A DNA stretch of 64,000 nucleotides from Carpediemonas membranifera BICM. Its lineage: Eukaryota; Protista; Fornicata. The notes below the pieces were generated by a model. The model saw only the letters and a list, made by a program, of their open reading frames with translations, was not told where the DNA came from and did no database searches. The stretch spans positions 1 to 64,000 of the forward strand of contig JAHDYR010000062.1 of the NCBI GenBank assembly GCA_019828565.1, read 5' to 3'. The translations under genes were made by a program, and so were the position numbers. Positions 61,110-64,000 of this stretch are shown piece after piece (within the stretch, counting starts at the first letter, position 1; every line of letters starts with the position of its first letter).

Positions 61110-61882
61110 ACGCTGGAGAGAGCAGAGCGCCTGGGAAACAGCGCTGGGGACAGGAGCCCCGGAGGATAGAGCCTGGGGGAGAAGAGCGCGGGAGAGAGGA
61201 GCCCGGGAGAGAGGAGCCCAGGGGAGAGGAGCCCGGGGGAGAAGAGCGCGGGAGAGAGGAGCCCGGGAGAGCGCCCGGGGGAGAAGAGCGCGGGAGAGAG
61301 GAGCCCGGGAGAGCGCCCGGGGGAGAAGAGCGCGGGAGAGAGAAGCCCGGGAGAGCGCCCGGGAGAGAGGAGCCCGGGAGAGAGAAGCCTGGGAGAGCGC
61401 CCGGGGCAATTCAGGGCCCCGAAAACGCCAGCACCAGCGCAAGTAAGCTATTTTATTGCAAACCGCTCTACTTGCGCTGGTACTTCAGCGTTTTCGCGGC
61501 CCTTTGCCCATCATTCGTCGTCTGAATTTTTTCGTGCAGAATTCAGACGAGTGTCGCCTGGCAGAGGCTGAGCAGCGGAGCTTAGTCCCTGTGGCACCAC
61601 TCGTCTGGCCCAGCTCCCGGGCATGCTCACGAAAATACAGGTGCAGATTTGGGAGCAGAATGATCGACGAACCCCGAAAACGCCATAACCGGCACCAGTG
61701 AGCGCATCTTCGTTGATGAAGCTCATTGGTGCTGGTAATATGGCGTTTTCGGGGTTCAAATACTGTACTCCTCATCCCTGGCGCCCTCATCCCTGGCGCC
61801 CTCATCTTGGCTCCCTCATCCTGGCGCCTCATCCCTGGCGCCGTCATCACTGGCGCCCACACAGCACCCCTACGCCAGCGCC
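61110..61882 (+). repeat. G/A minisatellite + double-hairpin core + C-rich repeats (copy 2)
   Basis: Same three-part order as 16520-18950; hairpins at 61414-61503 and 61669-61757. Confidence 0.88.
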
Positions 61883-62208
61883 ATCAATCCCCAACGGCAC
61901 AGTAAACAGAAAATGCACTTTATGCTCTTACACCATGGCGTTTGGAGACGAAAACGAACACCCATGGTACCTGCAGGTAAGGTAAGGTAAGGTAATTTCC
62001 GGTGATCGCGTTCGTTGCAAGTAATCACCATCATTGATCGCAACAGGCCGGGCACGGAGGCAGGCCCAAGTGATCCAGGGGCTGGTCGATCTTGCAGATC
62101 ATGCCACAACACTGCATCTAGTCCCATCTAGTCCCAATTCACGCGTGTATATACGCTACAGAGGACCGTATCTGGCCTTAGGAAACGGCTATGGGGTGCA
62201 GGTGGTGA

Positions 62209-64000
62209 TGCATTCAAATCCCCTAGTTTGGACCATTTACACCACCACGGGTCTAAACCTCCTCAGTAAACACATTGTTTGACCCTTCAATAGCACAGTA
62301 ATTACTACGCATGAAGAAGGATGACGATGACGACGACCCAAAAGGGACTTACCCGAAGTATCTCCGGCACACTGCAGCCGACTGGGTGAGGTTCCGCATG
62401 AGCTACGCACTCTATGCTGAAGATGAGGTCAAGCCGAAGACCCTCTTCGAGTGCATCGACGCGAAAGTGAGAACAAGTATCAAGGACGCATACCAAGCTC
62501 TGGAGGACGACGAAAGCTCCGATGACAGCTCTGACAGCTCGAGTGAAGACGACGAGGAGATGTTCAGCGCCAACGAGGGTAGCGACAGCAGCAGGGGCGG
62601 CGAAGACGCGCACGCCCAGAGCGACTCCGAGGATGACGCCCGGAGCACACTCATCGCTAACCCGGCCCGGAAGAAGAAGACAAGCGGCAAGACGACCGCC
62701 CGGGACGACGCTTTGCTCCGGTACATCATGGCTCAAGACCAAGAGAAGAAGGAGGCGAAGACAACGAGGGAGGAAGCGCGATGAGCGCTGGGTGGTGATG
62801 GCTGAGGCCACACTAACCAATATCAGTCTTCAGCGCGCGTACCGCGAGCTTCGCAAGCTCCGTGAGACCTCTTTCACCCGTTACCGCCATGTGTTCACGG
62901 ATATGGTAGATCTGTTCGAGAAGGTCGGATCCCTGGATGCTAGAGAGCTCCAGGAGATCGTTCTGGCGAGCCTCGATGACGAGACGATCGCATCGTCTCT
63001 TCGCTCTGTTGTTCTTTCCAAGTCAACAGTCGCGAAGTCGTTGAAGGTCATAGCAAAGTACCTACGGGCCCGAACAGATGCCATGCGAGAGTTTGACCTG
63101 GTGCCGAGCAGCCGGCTCGCGGCCCTACAGAAGCAGCTCGAGTCACTGCAGAGCAAGCCGAGAGAGGAGCGGAAGATGCCAGCGAGGACGGGAGAGCGCA
63201 GACGCAATGACGGCGCGGCCGAGGGGGCCAAGCCTGAGCGGCGGCAAGTGGGCCGCGGCTGCTTCAACTGCGGCGAAAAGGGTCACGACTCGGCCGACTG
63301 CCCACACGAGGAGCCGAAGTGCTTCAGGTGCGGCGAGTTCGGCCACAAGTCGCACCAGTGCACAGTTGTAAAAGCCATCTGAGTATCCTTTCTGTTTTAT
63401 GTTAGCGTCCAAGACTATCTGGCAGGAGAAGGCCAGTCTGCTGGGCGAAGAGTTGATCGTCCGCATGGACACCTGCTCCTCGTTCAGCGTCGTGCCGAGG
63501 GACTGGGCCGTCGAGAAGGGACTGAAGATCGCCACGCGGGGCGAGACAGTCCGCTTGGCTGACGAGTCGATGAGGAGGGTCTACCGAGTGTTGTCAGATG
63601 TGCCGATCACCCTCCACCTCGACAGAGAGGTCACCGCGACGCCGACCTGGTATGCGATGGACAAGGCCGAGTCGTTCCTCATCAACATGGAGGTGATTGA
63701 CTCCCTCGGCCTAATCAACCGCAACCTTGACACCGAAGCAGACCCCATCCAGGTCATCTCCAAGCTCACAGAGGACTGGGCCGAGAGATACAGCGACTGC
63801 TTCGGCGATGCAGGCGAACCAGCAGACCTTAAGCCGTTCAAGGTCACGCTGAAGAAGGACGCCCGACCCTACTTCCGTCTGCCCCGAAGGTTCCCAAGAC
63901 AGGTGGAGGATGAACTCCGGTCAGAGATGCAGAAGCTGGAGGAAAGCGGGATCATCATCCCAACCAAGTCTCCCTGGAGCAGCTCAGTGGTCATGGTGCG
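62209..64000 (+). mobile_element. 5' part of Ty3/gypsy element D (gag with 2x CCHC, protease DTCSS, start of RT)
   Basis: Putative LTR ends in TAGCACA at 62297 and shares GGGTC(C/T)AAACCTC at the same 49-nt distance from the LTR end as element A. Gag ATG at 62311; pol is in the +1 frame after 63370. LTR start is approximate. Confidence 0.85.

Overview
Eukaryotic DNA, most likely from an anaerobic protist. Short 29-37 nt GT-AG introns and a split glycine-cleavage P1 subunit with an organelle-targeting-like leader fit a Carpediemonas-like metamonad, but this is inference only. A small intact housekeeping island (46.6-53.1 kb: membrane protein, GcvP subunit 1, LEA-like, coiled-coil, DNAJC3-like) lies in mobile/accessory DNA. 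(1) Four Ty3/gypsy LTR retrotransposons with extremely short LTRs (66-85 bp); the three whose integrase is visible are chromoviral. In all three visible 5' LTRs the primer-binding-site position holds a short palindrome (CA|GTA..TACT) rather than a tRNA PBS, and two elements carry an intron-containing antisense cargo gene. (2) An IS630/Tc1 DD34E transposase split by one of the LTR elements. (3) A defective CRE-like non-LTR element. (4) An 8.8-kb element with 76-bp TIRs carrying an OTU gene and a satellite/double-hairpin module that recurs at 61 kb. (5) A tightly packed cluster of chromatin/PTM-type genes (GNAT, OTU-like, SET, pseudokinase, PHD). (6) A 14-copy 421-bp tandem array and several duplicated spacers. 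Many accessory ORFs have single-base frameshifts, often at homopolymers, so pseudogene versus assembly error cannot be resolved.
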